Made by a program: the position numbers and the translations under genes. The notes under the pieces are model-generated. The model was not told the DNA's origin, ran no database searches, and saw only the letters and a program-made list of their open reading frames with translations. DNA of 54,348 bases, filler included, from Sphacelaria rigidula (lineage: Eukaryota), in the NCBI GenBank assembly GCA_964200075.2. It is 5 parts of 5 records of this genome, joined end to end, with 100 filler letters (N's around TTAATTAATTAA, not from the genome) between each part and the next. Parts side by side here need not be neighbours in the genome. Positions count along the whole stretch, not along the records: positions 32,672 to 43,460 come from CAXNAA020005908.1; positions 43,561 to 54,348 come from CAXNAA020005909.1; 3 more parts are not named here. One strand, written 5' to 3'. This document shows positions 35,811-47,003 of this stretch, piece after piece; position 1 is the stretch's first letter; every line of letters starts with the position of its first letter.

Positions 35811-37874
35811 CGTTCAAATTTGAGGCTGCAAGTACCCCAGTGGCCACCCGTGTAATCAAAGTGTCCGTGTTTCGAGTTTGGCACAGGTGCGATGGGGAGT
35901 CTAACGTTGATAGAAACGACGGATCAGAGTCGAAATGGTCGACAGAAGCAGATGAAACCGCTAGCAGAGCCGCAATACCAGGATGAGCGTTGAAGCTTTT
36001 TCGTCAGCAACACACCATGTCTGGAAAGGGGGTATGAGACGCTCCTGCGAGTTTGGTCTGTTGACTCACTGGGATCAGATTGTAGTAGTTTTTCTACTCT
36101 GGGAAAGCCATTTCGGACCATCGGTCGCAGATTTCATCGTTGTCTTGGGCGTTTCGGGGTGTTTTTCATTAGTACTTCAACAGGAATATCCCCCCACCTC
36201 CCGCCGTGCTTGTGTGGTTTACGGTATTGAAGTACTTGTACATGGCCTCCGCTCAGCCGTTTTGGTTTGGTATCTGAGGAGCCTATGCGATAATGAATCT
36301 GACTGCATAGTGAGATTCAAAAACATGCGCCCTCGTTCGTGTGCTCCTTCGGAGACTCTTCAAAGGATAGCCGGGATGATTAGTGCGGGTGAAGTACAGG
36401 ACACGGGGCCTTGTCTCCCTGGTACCCGTTGGATGATTACGTCGACTTCTCTTCGGTTTGAAAAATATTCCCTCGCGCCCGAAGATATGTGTCGCTTCTT
36501 CCAGGACGGGGCATCGGCAAAAGAACAACAAGGGTGAGTTTACTAGGATGATGTTTATCACCTCTTTTCGTTAGAACGTTTCCATGGCATAGCCGTGGGA
36601 TGTTGGAGGGTGAGCATCGTTGGTACTTTATTGGAGGCGCCCCAACATGTCCAATGCAAACGGGCACGATTCTGACGCCAGATGCCACCTGTTCTAACGA
36701 GTACATTTGGTCTCCATGTGCACTTTGAGCACTCAGAGTAAGCCCTGCCGTAGGTAGTCCACGGCGGGTGGAAAAGGAGGATGGAATCAATGAAAAGAGG
36801 CCCAAGGATGAAATATGTGGAGGGATGGATAACGATGCGGGGTGGAGAGTCAAGTGGATTGATGCAATGACTGCAGGAGGCAGAGAGCCACACTCGTAAG
36901 CTCTTAGAGTTCGTATAAGTGTTCGCAACGGAAGTGTCCAACGGCGTTTGAGAATATCGATGCGGTAGCTGTCGTGCGAAGACCAGTGACGGCCTCCGTA
37001 GGCCCAGTATGAGGGCTTATAAAGACGTGATAACATTCACGGAGCTTGGATGGGGCGAAGCCATTTCCGGGTCTTGGCCTTCTTTTGGTTGTAATTGTTG
37101 AAAATTAACCGCCGACCATCAATTCGAAATCGGTCATATATATATTTTTTGCAGATATTTGTGTACATTCCATTCCCGACCAACAGGAACGATTTTACTT
37201 TAGATATTCGGGAAGTTTGATTGCTCGTCAGCCTTGAAGGGGGTGTCAGCACATCGACTGAGTCCGCCACTCTCCCCGGGACCATGGGGCTGACGGGAAT
37301 TTTGAGGTTGTTGGAACAGTAGGGTGTCTAGAAGTTTTTTACATTCCAGGGCATTGGTCTACGTTGTTTCAAGTTACAGTGACGGCCCGTTCATGACAAA
37401 TAAGGTGATAAAAAATCAGACTGGAGTGAAAAAAAAAAAAACTAAGAGAGTCCTCAGCTCCAGCGACGTCCACTATATTACCGTAGGCCATGATTAACAT
37501 TTGGATGAGATGAAAACCCCAGGCTGAGTCACGTTTTTAGCTTCTAATGAATCGGTCGCCACTGTAGTCCCTTATTGAACAGTCAGTATTCGAGGTGCAT
37601 GGTGATCGGTACTAATGGCGCTCAGACTTGTTGAAACCGCGACAATACACGAGGGATTATTGCGCGCAAACCGTGATTTTGAGATGATTTTTTTACGTTA
37701 CAATTTCCTCGCTTCACACTACGCTGGATCACAGCAGTGCTGGTGTCGGAATTATGGGGGGGTGGGATGTGACCCCGTGATTCCTATCGCAGTACAACCA
37801 CGGGCCTGAATGTTTTGGATTCCTCTGCTCGTGTTTGGTACCATTTCCGGGGAAATCAAGGGGAGACTACGTCT

Positions 37875-38170
37875 AACAATTATTTGTTGAGATTGAGTGT
37901 ATAGGATACGATTGAGAGTGAAAAGCGGTCAATTCGTGAATGAATCATTTCAGTTCCGAAATGACCGTCCACGAGGCCTGATATGCTTTTCGTGTTAGCT
38001 TGCCACTAAGGCCCTAGATATCCCCGAGTAGGATATCGACGTGTAGCTGTAAGCAAACGCTAGTGATGGAGGCAAAGAAAGCGCACACATAATGAAAAGT
38101 GGCGCAGTCAAAGCGAATGACCAAAGCCACTCTCAATTAGCGCTCTACTCTCAATCTCACGAAAGCGTTG
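37875..38170. mobile_element. MITE family B, full uninterrupted copy
   Basis: GAGATTGAGTGTATAGGATACGATTGAGAGTG ... CTCTACTCTCAATCTCACGAAAGCGTTGT. It shows the empty site for the insertion at 11712. Confidence 0.72.
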
Positions 38171-40406
38171 TCATGTATGCTGGTTCGGGGGTGTGTGGTG
38201 CACCTCCGAGGGTTAGGGCGCTGCTAAAGAGATATTCACATAAGCTCATTTTACTGGCGCGATTTTTATGTGATTTTTATGTGGGATGTCTGAAACGTTT
38301 GAGGTACGACGTTTGATTTTGATGAAGAGGACAAGTGATTTGAATTTATGTCTACATTGTGTACACACAACGTTTATTGCTGGGAGTTGATGATTGTTTT
38401 TTTACGAGTAAAGCATAGTATTTTGGGTTGACTTGATTTTTGTATCTGATTTGCTCTAGCTGTAACCGTGGGTGAGCGGGGGGTACGGCGTGAAGCGGAG
38501 CTTATTCGTGTGTGAGAACAGTATTCGCCGATGCAAAGTGGTTTCATGAAGCATGCGTGATTGCATGGGATGCCACGCTACAATTCCGTAGAGTCCTGCG
38601 AACGAGATCCGTTCCGTGCCGGCGAGTAGGTAAGCCGTTGACAGGGAAGAAGCAACATTCGGAGTGTGTGTGTTGCGAGCCAGGCAACTGTCATTCTTGT
38701 GCTTTTCCCGCCCACACGCCCAGTGTTCTTCTGCAGGTGGGGGGAACTGAGAAGCTGGAGGCCGGGAAATGTCCACCACGTTGCGGGTGGTACTGTGCGC
38801 AAAAGTGTCAGCTATCCTTTACTACAGTGGGTAGGATACGCGGAGCCCTTCAAGTAGATGTCAATGGCAGTCACAATTGGAGGCCTCAGTCGTCTGCCAC
38901 AGCAGACTAGGTTATAGCTCTGGCCAGCTGGCTAGAGAGGGGTAACCTGGACGTGGGAAATGGGAATGGGACGAGCGGTGCCGCGACTGTTAGGTTCCCC
39001 GTGCCATTCCTTTCTAAATTTGCAGAGAAGAACGTGTGCTACAAGACAGTTCAAAAGATGTTGAGCATGCTGAAAGAACGTTACGGCAGGAGGACTGTGA
39101 ACGTGTTCATATCGGACTTATATCGGAAAAGTAGTCCCTCGGGTTTCAATAGGCGTTGGTGACACGCCATAGTTTTTCTACTTCATCTGTCCGTTTTGTT
39201 GTTGCCTTGTTTCTTGTAAGCTATATTGATTGTAGGCAGGATTGACATATTTACACGAGGTCAAATTCATAAAGGAGTTCGGGCTTTTAAAGCTTAGTTC
39301 ATGGCCAACAAGTCAAAATATATGGTCTTGTCTGGGACAATTTCTACGATGCCCCCCCCCCCCCCCCCCCCCCAAAACAAAAAACACGAAAAGCCGACCG
39401 CTAATACAAAACANNNNNNNNNNATGAGTTGTTGGTTTTTTAATCTTTTTTCTTGGCACCAACAGTCAAATATATGGGTTTTTTTTGCAAAATTTCTTCT
39501 CGTCCCCCCCCCCCCCCCCCAGAAAACAAACAAACAAGAGTGACTGGTTCGGGGATGCAAATCTACACGTAAACCGAAAAGAAAAAAGCCGAGTACAACG
39601 AGAAGATGTTAATGCCCACGCTTGATATTATTACAACCTGACACCAAACATCAGGCGCTGTATGACCACTTTCTTCGTTACGCATTTGGGCTGGTTTGGG
39701 GGGGGAGCTATCGCAGAAAGTGTCCTGAAAATTTTGTTCTGATGAATCGACGCATTTTCGCGGAGTTCTCCGTCCTCATTGTGGTGGGACGTTGCTTTTT
39801 GTGTGTGGTGATCCCCGAAGATTTTTACGAAATTGTGATGTCTCGGGATTTTGTCGAGTGGCGAATGTGATGACTTCGCCAGTAAACGCCGAGACACCTG
39901 TTGACGAACGAGCGTTTTGTGTTTTAGTTACAACATTTTTCAAGAGAGGTCACTGTTGCCTTGTTCAACATGGTTCGGGGAGAAACAATATTCTGATATG
40001 TGAATGTTCCCTAGCTCAGTGTGGTGAGCCGAGCTCTCCGAGGCTTCATGGTTTTGAACTGAACGAGTTCTAGTTTGAAAATATGAACGTATGAATCGGG
40101 GAATCGGGATATAACATGATAAAGTAATCCTTGTCTGGAGTACAGAGATTGTGTTGTGGTGTTTGAAGGTCAAGCGGGTATTATTCTAGCTACGGGCGAT
40201 AAGCACGCTGACGTATTCTATGTTGTTGAAGTAATATAAGTAAAGAAAAACTTGTTTTCCGGGTCGGAAGGTCGGAGCAGTAGAGGTATGTTGAAAGGTA
40301 GATTAAAAAAACAGGGCGTCCTTGTGTCATGTATTGGACTAAGTGCAGAACAACTAGCTGTTAGGTATGCTCAGGAGCTTGAAGAGTGGGCTCGGGGCTC
40401 TTTTAA

Positions 40407-40504
40407 CCTTTCGACCGCGAGGTTAGTCTTCTGTGGAATCGGCATCAATTTCGAGTGAAATAAAGTATGCATGATGCAGAAAGACTAATCTCGCGGTCTA
40501 AGGG
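40407..40504. mobile_element. 98-bp piggyBac-type mini-element with TTAA TSD
   Basis: TTAA|CCTTTCGACCGCGAGGTTAGTCTTCTG ... CAGAAAGACTAATCTCGCGGTCTAAGGG|TTAA. CC.../...GGG termini and TTAA duplication are characteristic of piggyBac. Confidence 0.75.
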
Positions 40505-42054
40505 TTAAAGTAAACATCACAGGTTAGGTGATCAATGGCGACAGGTAGGATGAAGAGACACAAGGGTGAGGGCAGAAGGTACTCTTCTGCACGCAACCCC
40601 GCGATTCACTCCTCATTTCTATCCCTATTGTTCTGGCTGAAGGTTTAGTTTTGATTGAAAATTGGTGTCTATAGTGCGGCGACATCAGGGCAGCATCATC
40701 AGTAAAATACAAAAAGGCTAATCAAAAGCATATCTTCTGGTTTGGGCATATCAGTGTCCGCATCTCTCTTGGACTGATCTTGAACACAACCTCTGATTTC
40801 CATGAAAACGGTTGAACCTATCTTGGGGATTAGAGCTACAATCCCTCTCCCGACAGTGGCGACGACGGTATCCCGTGGGAAGAGTTCAGCGAGGTCTGTG
40901 CAACAAGTTCATCAGTTCGATAATCCGACTACTCGATATGTCCGGTGAGAGTGATCGTTCGTTGTGTAAGGTGAAATTTGCGAGCGGAGTCCGCACGCGG
41001 TCACAGCGAAGAGCGGACGCCATGTCGCGTGATACAAACGTGGATGTAGCGGCAGGTTCAAACGTATCGGATGTATCAGAGATGAGAGAGGGAGGTGTTG
41101 AGGAGTCAGTTGAGAGCACGCCGGACTCGGGGCTGAGGCTTTCAGCAAATTAAGGGTTGAACACTGAGGGGGATAGAAGCATGACCGAGAAAACTTCGGC
41201 GCTCCGGCTTCATCGGGTTAAATACAGGACATGCGTACAGAGTAATTCATTAGATGAAAATGACAAGGACTCGTTTGACGCATCGAATGTACAATCAGTG
41301 TTTATCTCCGAAGGGGATAGAAACGTGACCGATAAAACAACGCCGGCGCTTCACGCCCCCAAGACAAATGGCATGAAATGCGTGAAACGCCTGGCTGTAG
41401 AAGGGGCGGTTCTTAGCATGATGAATGTCGTCGACAGAGGTCAACGGAATCGAACCGTGGAAACGTCGGTTGCCCAAGCCTCTGTTGAATCTGATAGTGA
41501 TGTGCCCACTACGCTTCTCCATGAGATGGAAATTTCGCAACTACCCGGTGCTGTGAAAAACAGGCTTGCCGGTAGCAATGTGCGGGCACCCACAGATGGA
41601 AATGACATGCTTGCCGGTGGTATAGTTGAATCACCCTGTGATGTGAAAAACATACTTGCAGGCAGCAATATGCAGGCACCCATGAATGCGGATGGCATGC
41701 TTGCTGGGGGTCATGCAAACTTTTGTGGTGATGAAAAAAAAAGAAGGTACGCAGATGCCACTGTCAAGGATTTATGATGAACAGAACGAGGATGCCGAGC
41801 AGAGCAGTGAAATATGTTCATCTTCAGGTGCACCCCAACGTGACTCCTTGTCCCACCTTTCCACATCACGAGCAGAGCAGGGTACTCGAAAATTGAATGC
41901 ATGATGAGGAGTGATTCAACAAATTGTGATACTCCACAAAACAGAGTCACAACTACGATCAATCCTGTCTGATCCTGAATGTAGCGATCATAGCATGGCA
42001 CGTTTGATTCAAGAACCACGGCGGACTGATGCCGAGTTAGCCCCCCCACAAAAA

Positions 42055-42170
42055 GCGCACCGTCGACTGTCCGACAAACCGGTGGATTCCACGAAAAGTG
42101 CACCGTCGACTGCCCGACAAACCGGTGAATTCCACAAAACGTGCACCGTCGACTGCCCGACAAACCGGTG
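42055..42170. repeat. 43-bp minisatellite, about 3 copies
   Basis: GCACCGTCGACTG(T/C)CCGACAAACCGGTG at 42057, 42100 and 42143. Confidence 0.9.
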
Positions 42171-43269
42171 AATGGCGTGTTTTCACGCGTATGTAGATAC
42201 GGTCCTTTGGGCCCCTTTCGTCGGTTTGATGAAATGTTGCGGTGCTCCGTATTGCTTGCTCGCCGGACCATCTTGGCCTACAGGAATCAATTTGGACTGG
42301 TTTCGAACTGGGATCAGTCACGTTAGCGTTACGTCCGGGGAATGTTTTCGGACAACATATACAGCAGCACATGGCAGTAGTCGAAACGAACAAGCACAGG
42401 CAAGGAAGCCAACTGTATTGAAGAACTATGAAAACAACTGTGATTATACCGCAGACGATGATGCTGCGGCAGCCCCATCCATAAACAAGTGCACCGTCGA
42501 CTGGTCATGAATGGGAGATATGACGTGTTTTCACCGCATGTAGATACGGTCCTTTTGCGCCCCTTTCGTCGGTTTGATAAAATGTTGCGGTGCTCTGTAT
42601 TGCTTGCTCTCGCCGGACCATCTTGGCCTACAGGAATCAATTTGGACTGTTTTCGAACTGGGATCAGTCACGTTAGCGTTACGTACTGGAAATGTTTTCG
42701 GACAACATGTACAGCAGCACATGTCAGTAGTCGAAACGAACAAGCACAGGCAAGGAAGCCAACTGTATTGAAGAACTATGGAAAAAACTGTGATTATATC
42801 GCAGACGATGATGCTGCGGCAGCCCCATCCATAAACAAGTGCACCGGAGACGGGTCATGAATGGGAGATATGGCGTGTTTTCACCGTATGTAGATACGGT
42901 CCTTTTGCGCCCCTTTCGTCGGTTTGATAAAATGTTGTGCGGTGCTCTGTATTGCTTGCTCGCAGGACCATCTTGGGCGGCAGGAACCAATTTGTGCTGT
43001 TTTCGAACTGGGATCAGTCACGTTAGCGTTACGTACTACTGGAAATGTTTTCGGACAACATATACAGCAGCACATGGCAGTAGTCGAAACGAACAAGCAC
43101 AGGCAAGGAAGCCAACTGTATTGAAGAACTATGGAAAAAACTGTGATTATACCGCAGACGATGATGCTGCGGTAGCCCCATCCACAAACAAGTGCACCGG
43201 AGACGGGCCATGAATGGGAGATATGGCGTGTTTTCACCGTATGTCGATACGGTCCTTTCGGGCCCCTTT
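42169..43269. repeat. Tandem array of ~350-bp units (three full units plus a partial one)
   Basis: Units start TGAATGG at about 42169, 42508, 42858 and 43211. The bodies are near-identical (TTTCGAACTGGGATCAGTCACGTTAGCGTTACGT; GCAAGGAAGCCAACTGTATTGAAGAACTATG). Confidence 0.95.
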
Positions 43270-43460
43270 ACTAGTTCAGGATCCTTTTTGGGCTTGCAAA
43301 TGCTTCTGCTAAGGGCCTGAACTAACGCCAGTAACCGTGTGTGTGGCTGGTTTCGAAACCAGCTCAGTCATACTGATGGTCGAACGAAGGATACATTCTC
43401 TCAACACCTGCAACAACACGCACGCGTCGGGCGTTGTTCGCGCAGACCAGGCTGCATGTC

Positions 43461-43560
43461 NNNNNNNNNNNNNNNNNNNNNNNNNNNNNNNNNNNNNNNN
43501 NNNNTTAATTAATTAANNNNNNNNNNNNNNNNNNNNNNNNNNNNNNNNNNNNNNNNNNNN
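43461..43560. other. Artificial 100-bp contig spacer
   Basis: Same linker. Confidence 0.98.
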
Positions 43561-44189
43561 TTGGGCCCCCCAGCAAAAAACCCCCCCGGGGACCAATTAA
43601 CATGCTGCTTTCGGACCCCCCCCCCCCCCCCCCCCCCTTTTGCCGGTCAAACGACTAAGGCAAGCAACAAATGAGTACGCCACCCCCCCCCCCTTTTGCC
43701 TCGATGAGACATGGCCTTTACTTCTTCGGTCGGAAACACGCGGTGGGAAAGAATGAAGAAGGGCCTCTCGGCACCTATATCGCAGACAGCCACGCCAGAT
43801 ACCACTCGTTCACAAAACCATGCAAACCCCACACCATTCATTTTGAGCTACCAACGAAACCGCTCAGCATAGACCCACAAATTGAGTACGGGAACAAAAA
43901 CACTGCAGTATTTGAGAACGGACAGTGTATTCCTCTCGGCATGATGTGTTCCCTCTTTGTTAGCGAAAACGTGAGCATATTCTGTTGTGGTTGAGGTTGG
44001 CGACGGGATTGCGAGGTACGATGGATGGGCGACCTAAATGCGCACACGCTCATGGACGGTAGGGGCAGTACAAAACTGCACGTTGCCCAAATCTTATCCT
44101 ACTGTGTGCACAGTATAGACAATCCCCCTGTGCTGTCTGTGATGCACTTTACCCGCTTCATTTTCACATCCTGTTACACAAAACACCAA

Positions 44190-44530
44190 CACACTGTGCG
44201 CAGACAGTACACCGTCTTTTTCAGATCGAAAGCGTGCAAACTTACTCGGACTCAACCCACCGAAAACGAACGAAGTAGATCGAATCAGTTCTGCCGCTCT
44301 GATTCGTTTGATGCCAATAAAAATGCTGGAGGTGTTTCTCAGCACATTTCGTTTTCAGGTCCTATTTTACGTAGTACTCACACAATGTGCGCAGACAGTA
44401 CACCATTTCTTTCAGATCGGAAGCGTGCAAACTACTCAGACCTGACCCGCTCACAACAAACGAATGAGATCGAATCGATTCTGCCGCACTAATCCGTTTG
44501 ATGGCAAGAACAAATACGAGGGCGTTTCTC
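44190..44530. repeat. Diverged ~190-bp direct duplication
   Basis: TGTGCGCAGACAGTACACC...TCAGATCG(A/G)AAGCGTGCAAACT...TTCTGCCGC...CGTTTGATG...GTTTCTC occurs twice. Confidence 0.8.
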
Positions 44531-45482
44531 TTGTTCCATCCAAAATGTGCGGTGGAAGAGGAAAATTCGGATTTGATCTTGTTGATGGAGATTCCAAGTG
44601 CCGTCATTTCTGCTGGAACCACGACCCATCAGATCGAAGTTGTCCTTTTCCATCGCACAGTTTTGGTTGGAAAACGATTTGCTACGACAAGTCTTCGTAA
44701 AATATCCTTCGATCGAAAAGGTGCGGCGCAAAAAAGTGAAACGATTTGATAAGTCAAGACAGGTCGTGAATGATCCTAGGGTAAGGGTGCACAAATACGT
44801 TCTGGGGTTAGAATTGTCAGGAACCCTGTATGTATATCCAAAACACGACTTATGAAATACTTGAGAGTGCGCCAGGATTAAGATTTGAATGCTCTATGGA
44901 TATCCCGAATGAATTTGCAAATGGTCATGCCCTGATCCATATTCTTGTGCATCTAAAACCGTTAGGAGCCTGTAAACCAGTCAAGAGTTTGCGTTAAAAG
45001 TGCACCCCTACCGTAGCTTTGCTCTCGCCATTCATGTCTACGTCATCTATGTTGGAATGGCGACTGATCAGGTAAGAATTTGTTTGTTCCTCCATCTTTT
45101 TTCCGATAAAAAAAACGACTCAAGACACGCCCCAAGGTCGTACCTCATCAGTTTCTGTGCTGTCGAACGAATTGGTGCTGCAGAATGAAATTCGTTTGGT
45201 TATGCACGGCTTGGATTCGAGCAGAATTTTCAGGCCTTGATCGAAAAAAGCGGTGGAATTCAGCAAAGCGGTACTCGCTCACTAGTATTCAGCACGGACA
45301 GCACGATGCTGTCTGCTGTCTGCACGGACACGGTGTTTTGTTGTGTTGCATCGTGTCGCGCCGTAATCGATACTACAGTGGTGTCTATCGTGAAGCAATA
45401 CGCGAACCTCCTCGTTCGTCCTTTCTCGTCAGGTGGCTTCATTTGATGCTCATACTGATGCACGTTTTTGGATGCTCCGCAG

Positions 45483-45580
45483 CAGCCGCTGGGACGTGGA
45501 CCCACTACATGCGCCACCCGTCCTACAACAAATGCTTCGCCGCATTTGCGTGGTTCTACATCTCCGTCATCCTGTTCCAG
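45483..45580 (+). CDS. Isolated internal exon of an unidentified, probably membrane, protein
   Basis: Branch-like CTGAT plus CCGCAG| acceptor (alternative NAGNAG start at 45486), and donor CAG|GTGCGG at 45581. The frame AAGTWTHYMRHPSYNKCFAAFAWFYISVILFQ has strongly C/G-ending codons (tac cgc cac tcc tac aac tgc ttc gcc...), unlike the surrounding DNA. Confidence 0.55.
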
Positions 45581-46859
45581 GTGCGGAGGAACGGCCCTTA
45601 AAGTCAAAAGAAGCGCGTTCGCTTTTACTGTCGCAAAGTGTGCCGCGGTATCTCCACCGTGCCCGTAGTTGCTGCCATTCCCTCCACGTTTCGTCACTGC
45701 GGGGTGTATGCGCACAGTTCACTTCATAGAGTCTATCTTACCTTTGCAATATCGACGGGGTGTTTCACCTGCTCCGTGCAACAAGCGACCGTTCCGGAGA
45801 GAGGTACTGTTCGAAAGACGCGCGGAAACTCGACCGAAAGCTCCCCGCCTACTTTGAAAAAGTCGACAATTGCACTCAACCCCATTCTCCCGGAAAGGCA
45901 GTGCGGTGCACAAAGTACGGCACGCGCACACCGGGATAGCATGCAGCTTTACCGCCCATAGTGTACCGAGGGTCTGCTAGGCATAGGGAAGGGTTTGTAT
46001 GTTGCCGACACGTTTATTCTCCCAGGCATATGTTGTCGATGCTTGTACGCTCGACACGGAGCACATGCGTTTCGATAAAGCTATGATGTTGTGACGTAGG
46101 TGGGTCGTTCAGCAATGTACTGCTACGGAATGCGTTTCCGGGAAGAAACATGTACTTCAGTGACTTGACGAACACAAAACATCGTGAGGAACGCTGGAGT
46201 GTAATTCACCACGTAGCCTTTTAAATATATGGCAATACGCCGCCCGGAAACGTTGTGCTTACGCGCGAATGCTCCACCAGTTACTGACATTTATCTCGAA
46301 GTGTCAAGAGTTTGAGTACGGTAGCGACCTTTCCGCTCCCGCCAATCTCTCTGGTGCTACAACCGTCTCCCCCCAGTCCGCTCTGGTTCTTTTTCTTCTG
46401 GCAAAGACGCGGGTCACCAACATGCCGGGGTCGAGGAGGACATGCTGGGAACGCGCTATTCCACCGTTTTCCCTTCTGTTCGCCTGGGCGTACAAGTGAG
46501 TTCACGTATTTCTTTCCATCAAGAGCGAAGATGTATCGCAGAGGGCCAGGCACCCTAGCATCCTTTTCATCTTGAGGCGTGCTTGAGCGGAGCTTCCGTG
46601 ACTTAAATAGGAGACGGTATATGTAGCAATACGACGTAAGTCGAGGCTAAGCGCCTCCTGCTCATGAAACGCGAAAAATGGTATCGAATATCACAAGTAG
46701 ATACCGGGGATCAACGTGGCAAACAGGGTTGACATGGACAGCTACACCTGTCGAGAAACTCGCCAACTCTAAGTTGTAATTGTCGGTGTCTGCAAGCTAC
46801 GGCATGACGGAATGGAGCACTGATTCATGTACGTGGATGGCTCGTAAGATAAGATTCCG

Positions 46860-47003
46860 ATGATCGGAATCCTCATTTGTATGGCGTGTAGTAGTTGTCA
46901 GTAAGTACCAGTAGGTGGAGGAATATAGTCATATTTCGAAATATCGATGTGGATACGAAAATATGGAGTTTCCTGCTTATCATCCTCATTGAAAAGTCCC
47001 GTC
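46860..47003. mobile_element. MITE family C, diverged single arm
   Basis: ATGGCGTGTAGTAGTTGTCA...TAGGTGGAGGAAT...CATATTTCGAA...TGTGGATACGAA...TCCCGTC matches the right arm of family C. Confidence 0.6.

Noticed and set aside
35983..37036. 184-aa and 199-aa ORFs after the membrane gene
   Set aside because: They overlap on opposite strands and have no recognisable domain; they are likely UTR or intergenic chance ORFs.
42055..43269. CRISPR-like array or repeat-protein CDS
   Set aside because: Whole units are duplicated with no unique spacers and there are no cas genes. The 350- and 353-bp units are not multiples of three, and the ORFs shift frame.
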